From a virus, in IMG/VR virus record IMGVR_UViG_3300009009_000011, positions 37,842 to 101,841 of that record: a stretch of 64,000 nt of DNA; one strand, given 5' to 3'. Each line of letters starts with the position of its first letter. Position 1 is the first letter of the stretch. A model generated the notes under the pieces. It saw only the letters and a list, made by a program, of their open reading frames with translations, did no database searches and was not told the DNA's origin. This document shows, in pieces, positions 26,953-37,082 of the stretch. Both the position numbers and the translations under genes were made by a program.

Positions 26953-27892
26953 TTTAGGTACAGAAGATTTAACTGTACTTGGTGGTCCTGTAACAATATC
27001 TACAGGGTTAACTGTTACTACATTACCAAATGTTAGTCCTGTTGTTATAGATGTTACAGGTATTGATGTAGACAGTTATTGGCATTTAGATAGTGGTAAA
27101 ATAACTCCTGAAAACTTATTATATAAAGTTGGCTTAGGTGCTGTTGATGCTGGTAATACTACTACAGACTATTTTCTTTTACTTAATTCAACTACTAATG
27201 AGGTAAAGAAGGTTATAGGGTCTACAATGTGTTTGGCAAGTCATACACAAGCGTGGTCTACTTTAACTGCTACACCTACTACTTTGGCTGGTTATGGTAT
27301 AACAGATGCTGCAGCTTTAGTACACACTCATTCTTATCAAACTTTAGATGCAGACTTAACTGCTATTGCAGCTTTATCTGTCAATGGGTTTTTAAAGAAG
27401 ACTGCTGGTACTTGGGGGATGGATACCAATTCTTATGAGGTTGCTTTAGGTAATCCTGCAGGGAATGGGTATATACTTAGTTCAGATACTAATGGGGCTA
27501 GGACTTGGATAGCTAATAATCATACAGGGGTATATGAACCTGTATTGCCTGCAGTGGGTGCAGATGGTTATGTGCTTAGTTCTGATATGGCTGGTAATAG
27601 GTCTTGGGTTGCTCAAGCCGGTGGTGGTGGTAGTGGTATGGCTATACACGCCAATGAATATCATAGTACATTGGATAATACAGCATTGTCTGGTACTTTA
27701 ACATGGGGTGGTGTTCAATTAACTACTACATTTACGAAATTAAATTACTTAACAAGTGCTACCGGGACTACTGGTACGAATACTACTAATATTGTATTTT
27801 CAACTAGTCCAGCATTGACTACTCCTAATATTGGGGCAGCTACTGGGACTAGTTTAACTGTTACAGGGGACGTAATTGCTTATTCTGCATAA
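26930..27892 (+). CDS. tail fibre-like protein
   Basis: PTTLAGYGITDA, DADLTAIAAL, GYxLSSDxxGxRxW twice; ends TGDVIAYSA. Confidence 0.75.
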   Translation: MAATILGNLGTEDLTVLGGPVTISTGLTVTTLPNVSPVVIDVTGIDVDSYWHLDSGKITPENLLYKVGLGAVDAGNTTTDYFLLLNSTTNEVKKVIGSTMCLASHTQAWSTLTATPTTLAGYGITDAAALVHTHSYQTLDADLTAIAALSVNGFLKKTAGTWGMDTNSYEVALGNPAGNGYILSSDTNGARTWIANNHTGVYEPVLPAVGADGYVLSSDMAGNRSWVAQAGGGGSGMAIHANEYHSTLDNTALSGTLTWGGVQLTTTFTKLNYLTSATGTTGTNTTNIVFSTSPALTTPNIGAATGTSLTVTGDVIAYSA

Positions 27893-27894
27893 CT

Positions 27895-28173
27895 ATGGCT
27901 ACAGCTGGTGAAATAACAACATATTTAAATAATATACTGTATGGTCAGTCAGTATATATGGATGATATAATGAAACGTGAAAGGTTAGGTTATTCTGATA
28001 TGTTTCTTTATAGATTGAGGGCGTACATACTAGATTGTTATGTACAAATAATGGTAAGTTACTTTTCTCAAACTGACTACGATTCTGAAAATTTCTTTAC
28101 TACCGATGAGGTTAGGGAAATAATAAATAGGATAAACATAATATGTGATTCTAATTATGATTTAGATTTATAA
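27895..28173 (+). CDS. tail hub protein B (candidate)
   Basis: 92-aa helical protein ending ...IINRINIIC; position near hub A. Confidence 0.45.
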   Translation: MATAGEITTYLNNILYGQSVYMDDIMKRERLGYSDMFLYRLRAYILDCYVQIMVSYFSQTDYDSENFFTTDEVREIINRINIICDSNYDLDL

Positions 28174-28209
28174 CAAAACAAAATAAAATAAAATTAATAA
28201 ATATAAATT

Positions 28210-29610
28210 ATGGCATTAAGTACAACTAAACGATTTTCACACAAGGCTGCTCCATACGCTGCATTTTATAATGAAGCCGGGGAACCTCGTTTGAATGTTG
28301 AGGGTACTGTAGAAATTGCAGGTGTATCTGATATAGATATAAATGCACCAACTATAGACTCTTCTTGTTATATAGGGAAGTCTGCTGGGACCAATGGTGG
28401 TGATTTTGTAGTGGCATGGACGTCTGCTACAGAATTAACATTGAGTTCTTTCCCAGGGGCTATAACCGCAATATATGCTGCAGACATTGAAGCTATCAGA
28501 CAAATAAATGTTGCTGGTACAGTTGTTGCAACATATCATAGGGATGATACTACAATGTTGATGACTGGGGCAGTTCTTGCTGTTACAGGGGCAGCATTTG
28601 CATCTGATGATAAATTTATAGTATTTACTAATATACCTAGGCCTGCTTCATCTGGTGCAGGCGGTGCTGGTGGTGGTAGTATTGTATATACTAATATGTC
28701 AGGTGACTTTGTAGCAACTATCACAAATGCTACTACTAATATTACAGTTACAGGTCTTCCTTTTACTTTGGAAGCTGGTCATGTTGTATTAGGTAGTTTA
28801 AAGAAGAAAGCAGTTACCACTAATGTGGTTACTACATTACTTCCTAGTACTGTTTCAGTAGCAGGTGGTGTTATTACATTAGGGGGGGTCACTAACTTTG
28901 CTACAGGAGATGAAGTATATGTTACTTTAATTGGTCCTGATAAAGCTTATGATCTTGCATTAGATAGTTCACAGGGAGTAGTACAGAATCCGGAATATGG
29001 TCACTATACTGGTGTTGAGACATTAATTAGTGAAACTAATCTTAGTACTATCCTTGCTACTGCAGATGGTGGTGGTGATACAGATACAATTGTAGATGCC
29101 GATGGGGCTTTTTCTGGCGCAAGTACTGCAGTTGGTTATATAGGTTATCAGACTACAGATAGTCAAAGTGCTACAGTTAATTCTGTTGCCAGTGCAACTA
29201 CAGTAGAAACTACTACTCTAACAGGTGGTGCAACATGGGCTAGTAAAGCTTATAGTTTACCTAAAGTGATGAGATATGAAATACCTATGGAAGGGTATAA
29301 TTTCTTATCTATGCATTGGCGTTTAACTACAGTTGCTAATCAAACAGTATATGTAAAATTATACGGTACACTTGATTCTACAGCTACCGCAGAGGCTGAT
29401 ACTAACTGGGTTGATTTAACAAGTACTTTACTTACACCAGGGGTATCTACAGGGGTTTCATGTACAGGGGCAGCTAGTGTTGAGGGCATTAAAGTATTAG
29501 ATAGTCCTTTTACTATGCTTAAATATATGGTTAAACTTGTTGTTGAGAAATCTACAGCAGGTGCTCCATCAGGTTCGTTATTTACAATGTTCATTAAAAA
29601 ATCTAGTTAA
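28210..29610 (+). CDS. Thr/Ala/Gly-rich virion fibre or appendage protein
   Basis: 466 aa, beta-rich, two internally similar domains separated by a Gly linker. Confidence 0.6.
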   Translation: MALSTTKRFSHKAAPYAAFYNEAGEPRLNVEGTVEIAGVSDIDINAPTIDSSCYIGKSAGTNGGDFVVAWTSATELTLSSFPGAITAIYAADIEAIRQINVAGTVVATYHRDDTTMLMTGAVLAVTGAAFASDDKFIVFTNIPRPASSGAGGAGGGSIVYTNMSGDFVATITNATTNITVTGLPFTLEAGHVVLGSLKKKAVTTNVVTTLLPSTVSVAGGVITLGGVTNFATGDEVYVTLIGPDKAYDLALDSSQGVVQNPEYGHYTGVETLISETNLSTILATADGGGDTDTIVDADGAFSGASTAVGYIGYQTTDSQSATVNSVASATTVETTTLTGGATWASKAYSLPKVMRYEIPMEGYNFLSMHWRLTTVANQTVYVKLYGTLDSTATAEADTNWVDLTSTLLTPGVSTGVSCTGAASVEGIKVLDSPFTMLKYMVKLVVEKSTAGAPSGSLFTMFIKKSS

Positions 29611-29612
29611 TT

Positions 29613-30080
29613 ATGAGTAAGTTAGGGTTTAGATGTTTTACATCTCCAGAAGTACCAGTGGTACTAACATTAAGACAACAGGTTGTTGCTCTTACTGATG
29701 AACAAAGACAATCTCTATTAGTTGGGTTTGAACAACGTATACCAGCTGCTCATCTTGATCATAAGCTAGGTTTGTCAAAGCAGATTATCGAGTATGTATA
29801 TGATGGTATGGATGCTATTGAAGAGACTAGTAGACTATTAATGCGTGGTGAATATGTTACTACTCCAGCTGTATTAGACGGTAATGGTGTTGTAATTACA
29901 CCTGCAGTATATGCTCCAGTTCCTACTACGCAAGTATTGTTACGTCAAGCTATCGCACCTTTATTTTCAGCAGATTATCCAGTTAATTTTTGCAGTAATG
30001 TGGTCAATGAAATGATTGCATGGTGTAAATATGATGGTAGTGGTACATTTGCTTTTTATAGAAACAATATAATACTTTAA
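29613..30080 (+). CDS. hypothetical protein in the fibre module
   Basis: 155 aa, TPAVLDGNGVVITPAV motif. Confidence 0.6.
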   Translation: MSKLGFRCFTSPEVPVVLTLRQQVVALTDEQRQSLLVGFEQRIPAAHLDHKLGLSKQIIEYVYDGMDAIEETSRLLMRGEYVTTPAVLDGNGVVITPAVYAPVPTTQVLLRQAIAPLFSADYPVNFCSNVVNEMIAWCKYDGSGTFAFYRNNIIL

Positions 30081-30083
30081 GAT

Positions 30084-30821
30084 ATGAGTATATATACAAA
30101 ATCATTACACAACGTTCCATTAGCAGATAGTACAAATAATGCTACTGTTGAGGATGCTGTTGGTAATAAGTCAGATACTGCTAGTACTACAGTTAATACT
30201 ACTACTAGTATTGTAAGGTATATTAAAGGTCTATTAGGTCTTCATAATGTACCTACTGCAGACGTTGCTACTAATACTAATGTCAGGGATGTTGTTGGTA
30301 ATAAGACAGATACTATTAAAGGTGATTCATTGGTTAGTTTCTTTAAACGATCAATGCCTATCATAGTAACTAAGACAAATGTTTGTAATGGTAATGGTGC
30401 ACAAGCAGACAATTTATTTACAGTTACAGGTTATGTTGAGTTAGTTAGGATATGGGCTGAATGTACTCAAGTTACAAACGGTACTGTATTCTCTGGCAAC
30501 TCCCTTGCTTTATATGATGGTACATTAACAATTGAATTAACTGATAGTGGTGCTCCACTTGATATGTCAGGTGCTATTGAAGCTGGTGAGATTATACTTA
30601 AGAATGGTGCATCAGCAACCGCAGCTTTGGTTGTTATGCATAATAATACAGGGTATGTTACAGATACTGCTATTTCTACAGGTACAACATTAACAAAGAA
30701 AACAGGAGTTACTACTTATATTCAACATATATTTACTGGAAACGCAGATACAAATGTTACATTAGTTTGGTATGCAGAATATAAGCCTTTATCAACTGAT
30801 GGTGCAATTACAGCTGTTTAA
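30084..30821 (+). CDS. fibre-like structural protein with N-terminal repeat
   Basis: LHNVPxADxxxNxxVxDxVGNKxDT twice; beta-sandwich C-terminus. Confidence 0.6.
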   Translation: MSIYTKSLHNVPLADSTNNATVEDAVGNKSDTASTTVNTTTSIVRYIKGLLGLHNVPTADVATNTNVRDVVGNKTDTIKGDSLVSFFKRSMPIIVTKTNVCNGNGAQADNLFTVTGYVELVRIWAECTQVTNGTVFSGNSLALYDGTLTIELTDSGAPLDMSGAIEAGEIILKNGASATAALVVMHNNTGYVTDTAISTGTTLTKKTGVTTYIQHIFTGNADTNVTLVWYAEYKPLSTDGAITAV

Positions 30822-30838
30822 TAACTTACTTATTTACA

Positions 30839-32770
30839 ATGAAAGAAAGTAAGACATGGGGTGAGAGACAATGCATCTTTAGGAGTTGCTTTAATGATGA
30901 AGCTACTGTTAGGGCTCAAGGTGGTGTACCTGTTGGATCTACTTTTGTTAATGGAACAGGTTTTATAGCAGGTAATGGTAGTTATATTACTTTTAACAGA
31001 AGACTTCCGAATGGAGTATATTCTATAAGGGCTAAGGTATTAAAAACATCTTTAGTATCTAGAGGATATGTTTTTGATTATAGGAATATAGGAATAGACG
31101 GTGTTGGACATTGTTATATTTCTGATACATCTGGAAGTTTAAGTGTTTCTAGCGGAACAAAATATGTTAATAATGTATTAAACGGATCTGTTGTAGCTGG
31201 TGTATGGTCGGAAATAGTAGTTACAGGAATTACGATCACTAATGGTACTGGTAATACTCCTATTGTAATTGGTTCTTATGCTAATCTTCTTAGTTATCCA
31301 TTAGGCGGTTATATAGAACTCTTTGAAATTTACAATTACACACTAACATCAGATGAAGTATCTAACCTATATAACAACTCAAGATACAGAGATGTAGGTC
31401 TGAATAAGGATGAACAGTTAGGTCCTGAGTTAGTTGTTGATGGTGGTTTTGATACTCCTGCAAGTTGGACTTGTTCTGCTGGATGGTCTGTATCTGGAAG
31501 TAAAGCAAATTATGATGATGTAACTAATTCAACTGCTATAATAACTGCAGGTGGTATTAGTTTCACTGTTGGTAAAAGATATAAGATAACATATACTATT
31601 TCAGGACTTACTGCCGGTACTGCTGATTTCAGAATACAAAATCAAGCTCAAGTGTATTTTTTAGATGTGTTTGGAACAACTCTTAATAAGGCAAATGGTA
31701 CCTATACGGAAATAGCATTATGTTTAGTTGCTGCAACAAATATTAGATTCAATGCTTATACTTCATCAGGTTCTGCATGGTCACTTGATAATCTCTCAAT
31801 CAAAGAAGTTCTTGTTGAACGTACACGTAAAATCCTTGATGTTGATGCTTGTTGTGGGATAAGGAATAAGTTGAGTGGGGATGTGTATGGTAGTGAATTA
31901 GTTCCATTATGGAATACTTATGCATGGTGGACTACAGTTCAAGCGGGATGGTCATTTGTTGAAGGTGTTTCTGCAACTTGTAGTAGTGGTTCTCCTGTAT
32001 TATATAAAGCTGCTGGTTGGACTAATGGAAAACGATATAGAATTATAATGACCATATCTGTAACTAGTGGTGGTATTACATTACCGTGGGATGGAGTTAC
32101 TGGTGCAGCGAGTTATAGAACTACATCTGGAACACATACAGTAGATTATATCGCAGGAGATGGTAAATTATACATTCATACAAATTTATTTGTTGGTACT
32201 ATTACTGCGCTTTCAATTAAAGAAATAATTCCATCAGTAGTCAATACAGCAACTACAGTACAGAAGATCAATGATGTTAATGCTATGTCATTCAATGGTA
32301 CTACAAGTAAAATTGATTGTGGTAGTTATGATGGGTTGGTTGGTGATAAGACTATTGTTGCTTGGATGAATCCAATAATAAAAGTATCAGGTTCAAATTT
32401 ATATTTTTCTAATAATAAATTTGTATTTGGTTCTACTACGGGTAGTAAAACATTATTAGTTTATAGTGATGGTGCAACTGCTGCTTCTTCATCAGCCATA
32501 ATAAATTATCGTAATTGGCAGTTGATTATAATTACTAGAACATTTACTGGAATTACAAATATTTATATTAATGGTATATTAAGTGGTACCGCTAATCAAT
32601 CTTCTGGTACACCTGCTGTTGGGACAGCAAATATTCATATAGGATTTAATCAATCAACAGGTCTATATTCAAAAGGTCTAATGGACAAAGTTCGTGTTGT
32701 TGATGGGATTTTAACCCCAGCCGAAATAAGTCAGATATATAGTAATGAACGTAGTAAATATTTAGTATAA
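30839..32770 (+). CDS. LamG/ConA-like lectin-domain virion protein
   Basis: IELFEIYNYTLTSDEV and FNGTTSKI...IYING...MDKVRVVDGILTPAEI LamG-like units, with CBM-like modules between them. Confidence 0.75.
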   Translation: MKESKTWGERQCIFRSCFNDEATVRAQGGVPVGSTFVNGTGFIAGNGSYITFNRRLPNGVYSIRAKVLKTSLVSRGYVFDYRNIGIDGVGHCYISDTSGSLSVSSGTKYVNNVLNGSVVAGVWSEIVVTGITITNGTGNTPIVIGSYANLLSYPLGGYIELFEIYNYTLTSDEVSNLYNNSRYRDVGLNKDEQLGPELVVDGGFDTPASWTCSAGWSVSGSKANYDDVTNSTAIITAGGISFTVGKRYKITYTISGLTAGTADFRIQNQAQVYFLDVFGTTLNKANGTYTEIALCLVAATNIRFNAYTSSGSAWSLDNLSIKEVLVERTRKILDVDACCGIRNKLSGDVYGSELVPLWNTYAWWTTVQAGWSFVEGVSATCSSGSPVLYKAAGWTNGKRYRIIMTISVTSGGITLPWDGVTGAASYRTTSGTHTVDYIAGDGKLYIHTNLFVGTITALSIKEIIPSVVNTATTVQKINDVNAMSFNGTTSKIDCGSYDGLVGDKTIVAWMNPIIKVSGSNLYFSNNKFVFGSTTGSKTLLVYSDGATAASSSAIINYRNWQLIIITRTFTGITNIYINGILSGTANQSSGTPAVGTANIHIGFNQSTGLYSKGLMDKVRVVDGILTPAEISQIYSNERSKYLV

Positions 32771-35424
32771 TGGCAAAAGTATATTCATCACAATATAGAT
32801 TAGGTTCACTAGCTGATAAAGTTGATGGTTCAGTTGGGACTTTAACTAATGGTTCTTTTGTTAAAGGAGAAAAGGGACTTGCACTTAGATTTGATAGTAC
32901 TGGTTATAATGTTATGGGTATGAAAATACCAGCAGGTAGTTCATATACTATTGTTGCTTATGCTAAACCTACTATACCAGCAAGTATTAATTATGCTGAA
33001 ACAATTATTGGAAATGAATCTGGTGGTCCTTCTCAAGGAAGTTTTAAATTAGTATATGGTTGGTTAGTAAAAACGTGGACTTTTTACTATATTGATAGTG
33101 GTGTTGCAGCTAAGATATCAACAGTAACACTTAACTCTGATGGAAAATATACTTGTATTATATGTACTTATGATTCAACAACAAGAATAGGTACTATATA
33201 TGTTAATAATTTGGCAGGAGTATCAAGTACTGCACTTGCACATGACTGGATTTATCCTACTGCTTATTATCCGGAGATAGGTGCTAATAGAAGACAAGAT
33301 GGAGGAAGAGAACAATATTTTGAAGGTGAAATTGCTTTATGTGATTTATATGATCATGTCTTTACAGAATCCGAACGTTCACAAGCATATAAGGACTTTC
33401 TCAACTCTCATCCTATAGAAGATTGTAAGACTCCAGACTATCAGGCAATGAAGCCTACTGATCTTTCTATGGAGAAGGAGAATAAAATTATTGATATTGT
33501 TTCCGGATGGAATTTTATGGATGGTATCTGGGTAATAGCTACAGGATCAAGTTATATTACAGATAGTAATACTTTTGGAGCTAGTGGAGGTGGAGACGGT
33601 ATTAAAAATCCAACTATTTTGTTTACGGTAGGAGTTACGTATAGAGTAAGAATGAGATTAAAAATTAATGTGGGAATTCAACTTAGTATTAGAGATTATA
33701 CTGCTACAAATATATATTTGGTAATTACTGGAACTGGAAATTATGAAACCATAGATACAACTTTTGTTGTTTCCGCTATAGCAACTAACGGATTTAGATT
33801 CAGATTGACTACTACATCAGTTGTTGATATTGATTACATGACTATTGAAGGTATATATGGTCTTGTAGCCGCATATAACTTCATACCTAATGGTAATACT
33901 GTTGTAGATATATCAGGCAATGCAAATCCAATTACTTTAGTAGGAAATCCTGTTAGTACTAAAGATGGAATAAGTCTTAATGGCTCTACAAATTATGGTA
34001 CACTTACTAACCCACTACTTTCTAATGTATATAGTGTTGCTTTTACTATTATTCCAAAAAGTAACGGCACACTGGTTTTATTTGGTAACAATTCAAGTAG
34101 TACACAATTTTTGAGAATTTCTGCAGAGAATTCATTAGTTCATAGATTAACAACAGGCGGAAATGCAACGTGTAGTATTGCTTATAAAGTAGGTATTAAA
34201 AATACATTTGTTATAACAAGAAATGGAACTACAACTCAGTATATATATGTTAATGGAATAAAATATACTATGACATTAGCCTCTAATGAGATATGGAGTG
34301 TTTCAAGGCTAGGAATAACAAGTAATATAACTGAACCTTATGTTTATAAAGGTGAATTTTGTGATCTAAGATTCTATAACAGGCAATTTACAGATCAAGA
34401 AGCTAAAGACTATCACAATCAATTTGCTAAACGTATAACACTTCAAGAATCATTTAAAGATGAAGGTGCTGATGGTGTTAGTAAGGTTCCGAGTGGTTGG
34501 TCTAAGGTCAGTGGTACATGGAAGATTGGTGAACATCAGACATCATTAACTGAATATGCTCCGTTTGCATCTCTTACTCCAAGTAATGGATGGGCAAAAG
34601 TTGGTAGTACTTTTGTATATACCACAAATGCCGCTCATTCTTATATCAGCAGGGTTACTTGTCTTACTACTGGTAAAAATTATAAATTAAGTTTTAGATG
34701 TGTTGCAAATCCTAATGGAACTGCTTTTAGAGCTTCGACAAGTTTAAACTATTCAGGAATCTTTTTTAATATGGTTCCAGTTGCAAATACTGTATATACA
34801 TATCAAGGATCTGCATATGTAACAACTGGTATTTCTTTACAATGTACAACTGGGGAACCATCTGGTCTTATAATAGATAATATTTCAGTTACAGAAATTC
34901 CCCCTCTTCCAACATTTACTAATGGTACTAAATATCTTGAATGTGTTACTGCTGGTGTATTAGTAATACCAAGCAAACAAGCATATGGTACATGGGAATT
35001 TGATTGGTATAAAGGTGCTGATAGTAATGCATTACTTGTTTACTTAATTAATTCAAATGCTAAAGTTCCTGATAGTGCCATAGGTGCTTATCGTGCATAT
35101 TTTACAAACGCAGAAAAATTTGAATTTAGTAGACATAATTTAGCAGCACCAATTACACTACTTTCAACAGCAGCTGCATATCTAACTATTAATACTTGGT
35201 ATAGAGTTAAAATAACTCGTACTCTTGCTGGTGTTTGGACTGCATATATAAAAGGTGGTGCATTTGGTAATAATACATGGACTACAATTTCTGTTGCTGG
35301 TGGTAGTGGCACTAATCCTGTTACTGATAATACATATACTACGTCTGAATATATACTTGTTCAATCAACTGGTGCAGGAGATAGAGTTACTAATTTTGTT
35401 TTAAAAGAAGGAATAGAAGTATGA
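32770..35424 (+). CDS. multi-LamG/ConA-like lectin-domain virion protein
   Basis: FEGEIALCDLYD, GLVAAYNF...DISGN, YKGEFCDLRFYNR, AYGTWEFD. Confidence 0.75.
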   Translation: MAKVYSSQYRLGSLADKVDGSVGTLTNGSFVKGEKGLALRFDSTGYNVMGMKIPAGSSYTIVAYAKPTIPASINYAETIIGNESGGPSQGSFKLVYGWLVKTWTFYYIDSGVAAKISTVTLNSDGKYTCIICTYDSTTRIGTIYVNNLAGVSSTALAHDWIYPTAYYPEIGANRRQDGGREQYFEGEIALCDLYDHVFTESERSQAYKDFLNSHPIEDCKTPDYQAMKPTDLSMEKENKIIDIVSGWNFMDGIWVIATGSSYITDSNTFGASGGGDGIKNPTILFTVGVTYRVRMRLKINVGIQLSIRDYTATNIYLVITGTGNYETIDTTFVVSAIATNGFRFRLTTTSVVDIDYMTIEGIYGLVAAYNFIPNGNTVVDISGNANPITLVGNPVSTKDGISLNGSTNYGTLTNPLLSNVYSVAFTIIPKSNGTLVLFGNNSSSTQFLRISAENSLVHRLTTGGNATCSIAYKVGIKNTFVITRNGTTTQYIYVNGIKYTMTLASNEIWSVSRLGITSNITEPYVYKGEFCDLRFYNRQFTDQEAKDYHNQFAKRITLQESFKDEGADGVSKVPSGWSKVSGTWKIGEHQTSLTEYAPFASLTPSNGWAKVGSTFVYTTNAAHSYISRVTCLTTGKNYKLSFRCVANPNGTAFRASTSLNYSGIFFNMVPVANTVYTYQGSAYVTTGISLQCTTGEPSGLIIDNISVTEIPPLPTFTNGTKYLECVTAGVLVIPSKQAYGTWEFDWYKGADSNALLVYLINSNAKVPDSAIGAYRAYFTNAEKFEFSRHNLAAPITLLSTAAAYLTINTWYRVKITRTLAGVWTAYIKGGAFGNNTWTTISVAGGSGTNPVTDNTYTTSEYILVQSTGAGDRVTNFVLKEGIEV

Positions 35425-35458
35425 TACTAAATTTTTATTAGGTTTAAAATAATGGAGA

Positions 35459-35734
35459 ATGGAAAAGAAAACAAAAGATATGTGTACAGTACCAGATAGT
35501 GTATTAGCCACTCTACAGAAAGATATAGCTGAGATTAAAGTTGCACTTTTGGGGAACGAGTATAATCCAGAAGGTGGTTTACTTTGTCGTACGACAGAGC
35601 TTGAAAGGGACTTTGAAAAACTTAAGGCAAAGTATGAAAAAACTATGGCATATGCTATGGGAGCTGCTGCTGGTGTATCTATAGTAATTAGCATTACTGA
35701 ATTTATCTTAGTGCAGTGGGTTTTTAAGCAGTAA
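35459..35734 (+). CDS. coiled-coil protein with C-terminal TM (holin/antiholin-like)
   Basis: Coiled coil followed by a hydrophobic helix; directly upstream of the endolysin. Confidence 0.55.
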   Translation: MEKKTKDMCTVPDSVLATLQKDIAEIKVALLGNEYNPEGGLLCRTTELERDFEKLKAKYEKTMAYAMGAAAGVSIVISITEFILVQWVFKQ

Positions 35735-35745
35735 AGTGTTATAAC

Positions 35746-36183
35746 ATGGATATAGTATTGCATTGTAGTGCAAGTAAGTTTGGGAACGCTGCACTCATAG
35801 ACAGTTGGCATCGTGAACGGGGATTTACTATGATTGGGTATCATTATGTTATACTCAACGGGTGGATAGGTTCCAAGAAATATCACAAATGGTTTGATGG
35901 TGCTATTGAAACAGGCAGACCTATAGATGATGATAAGGATTTTGAATGGGATGAAATAGGCGCACACACGCTAGGTCATAATGGTAGTGTAGGTATATGC
36001 ATCATAGGTGATAGTAATTCATTTACTGAAAAACAAATTGAATCAGTAGAGTTACTACTTAACGTTTTAAAGAAACAGTTTGGTGATATTAAAGTATATC
36101 AACATTCAAACTTTGATCCTGTTAATAAACCTTGGTGTGCAGGTTTAAGTAAAGAACAAATGGAAGAATTTAATAATTTATAA
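35746..36183 (+). CDS. N-acetylmuramoyl-L-alanine amidase endolysin (Amidase_2, T7 lysozyme-like)
   Basis: IVLHCSA, IDSWH..RGF..IGYHYVI, GRP, GAH, SVGIC, HSNF..KPWC. Confidence 0.9.
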   Translation: MDIVLHCSASKFGNAALIDSWHRERGFTMIGYHYVILNGWIGSKKYHKWFDGAIETGRPIDDDKDFEWDEIGAHTLGHNGSVGICIIGDSNSFTEKQIESVELLLNVLKKQFGDIKVYQHSNFDPVNKPWCAGLSKEQMEEFNNL

Positions 36184-36428
36184 TGAAACTGTTACAAGGA
36201 TTTATTCCAAATGGGAGAAGTAGAGCAAAACTTACAATCGCTTGTTTGATTGCTAACTTTGCTATTGCTATAGTGGGTATAATTTTAAAATCAGATATGT
36301 CAGATATTGGCACTGGTTTAGCTCTTCTTAACGCCCCACTATATACGTATATATTAGGTCAATCAATACGACCTTCTAAAATAGAAGAGGTAGATAATAA
36401 TAATTTAAATAAAGATAAAAATGAGTAG
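36183..36428 (+). CDS. putative holin (2 TM)
   Basis: Two hydrophobic helices, YILGQS, charged tail; follows the amidase. Confidence 0.6.
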   Translation: MKLLQGFIPNGRSRAKLTIACLIANFAIAIVGIILKSDMSDIGTGLALLNAPLYTYILGQSIRPSKIEEVDNNNLNKDKNE

Positions 36429-37080
36429 AATTAAACAAATTAAAGAGGGTTTATTAAATAAGCTTGTCTGGACTACACAGAATAATGTTAAAGCTAAATT
36501 AAGCTTTGATGGTACTGTGTTTGAAACAGATAAGGCTTTAAGGTTACCTGATGGTAGTGCGGCAGCTCCTTCGCTATCTTTTGATAGTAATCATTTCTGT
36601 GGTATTTTTTCAACTAGTAACTGTGTGAATTTTTCTACAGCTGGTTGTGAAAGGGTTATCATAGATGGTCAAGGTGATATTGACATATTTGGTGGAAGAG
36701 GTATAGAAGGTGGTCCTGCTGCTTTAGGTGGTTTTTGGGCACAGTTTGCCCCATTAGCAACTACAGATGATATTGCTGGTAATGTGGGTGGGGCTATTCC
36801 TATTACTACTTTTTGTACTACAATTAGTTCAGATGCAGGTGGGGATGCTTTCACATTAGCAGACGGTCAAGTGTATGGTCAATTAAAGAAGATACATTTT
36901 TATGTAGATGGTGGTGGTGATGCAGTTGTTACTGGTAAATTTGGTACAGCAGGAACTAGCACTACTCTTACTTTTTCAGATGCTGGTGAATATGCATTGT
37001 TATGTTGGAATGGTACTGGTTGGGTGGCATTAGAATTATATAGTGTTATAACTGTTGCACACAGACCTGCTATTACATAG
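36421..37080 (+). CDS. fibre-like structural protein
   Basis: DGSAAAPSLSF, TLADG..GQLKKI, LTFSDAGE..LL.WNGTGW. Confidence 0.6.
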   Translation: MSRIKQIKEGLLNKLVWTTQNNVKAKLSFDGTVFETDKALRLPDGSAAAPSLSFDSNHFCGIFSTSNCVNFSTAGCERVIIDGQGDIDIFGGRGIEGGPAALGGFWAQFAPLATTDDIAGNVGGAIPITTFCTTISSDAGGDAFTLADGQVYGQLKKIHFYVDGGGDAVVTGKFGTAGTSTTLTFSDAGEYALLCWNGTGWVALELYSVITVAHRPAIT

Positions 37081-37082
37081 AT

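Noticed and set aside
22213-35424. Diversity-generating retroelement acting on fibre genes
   Set aside because: No reverse transcriptase, and no near-identical TR/VR pair differing only at adenines. The repeats seen differ at synonymous positions.
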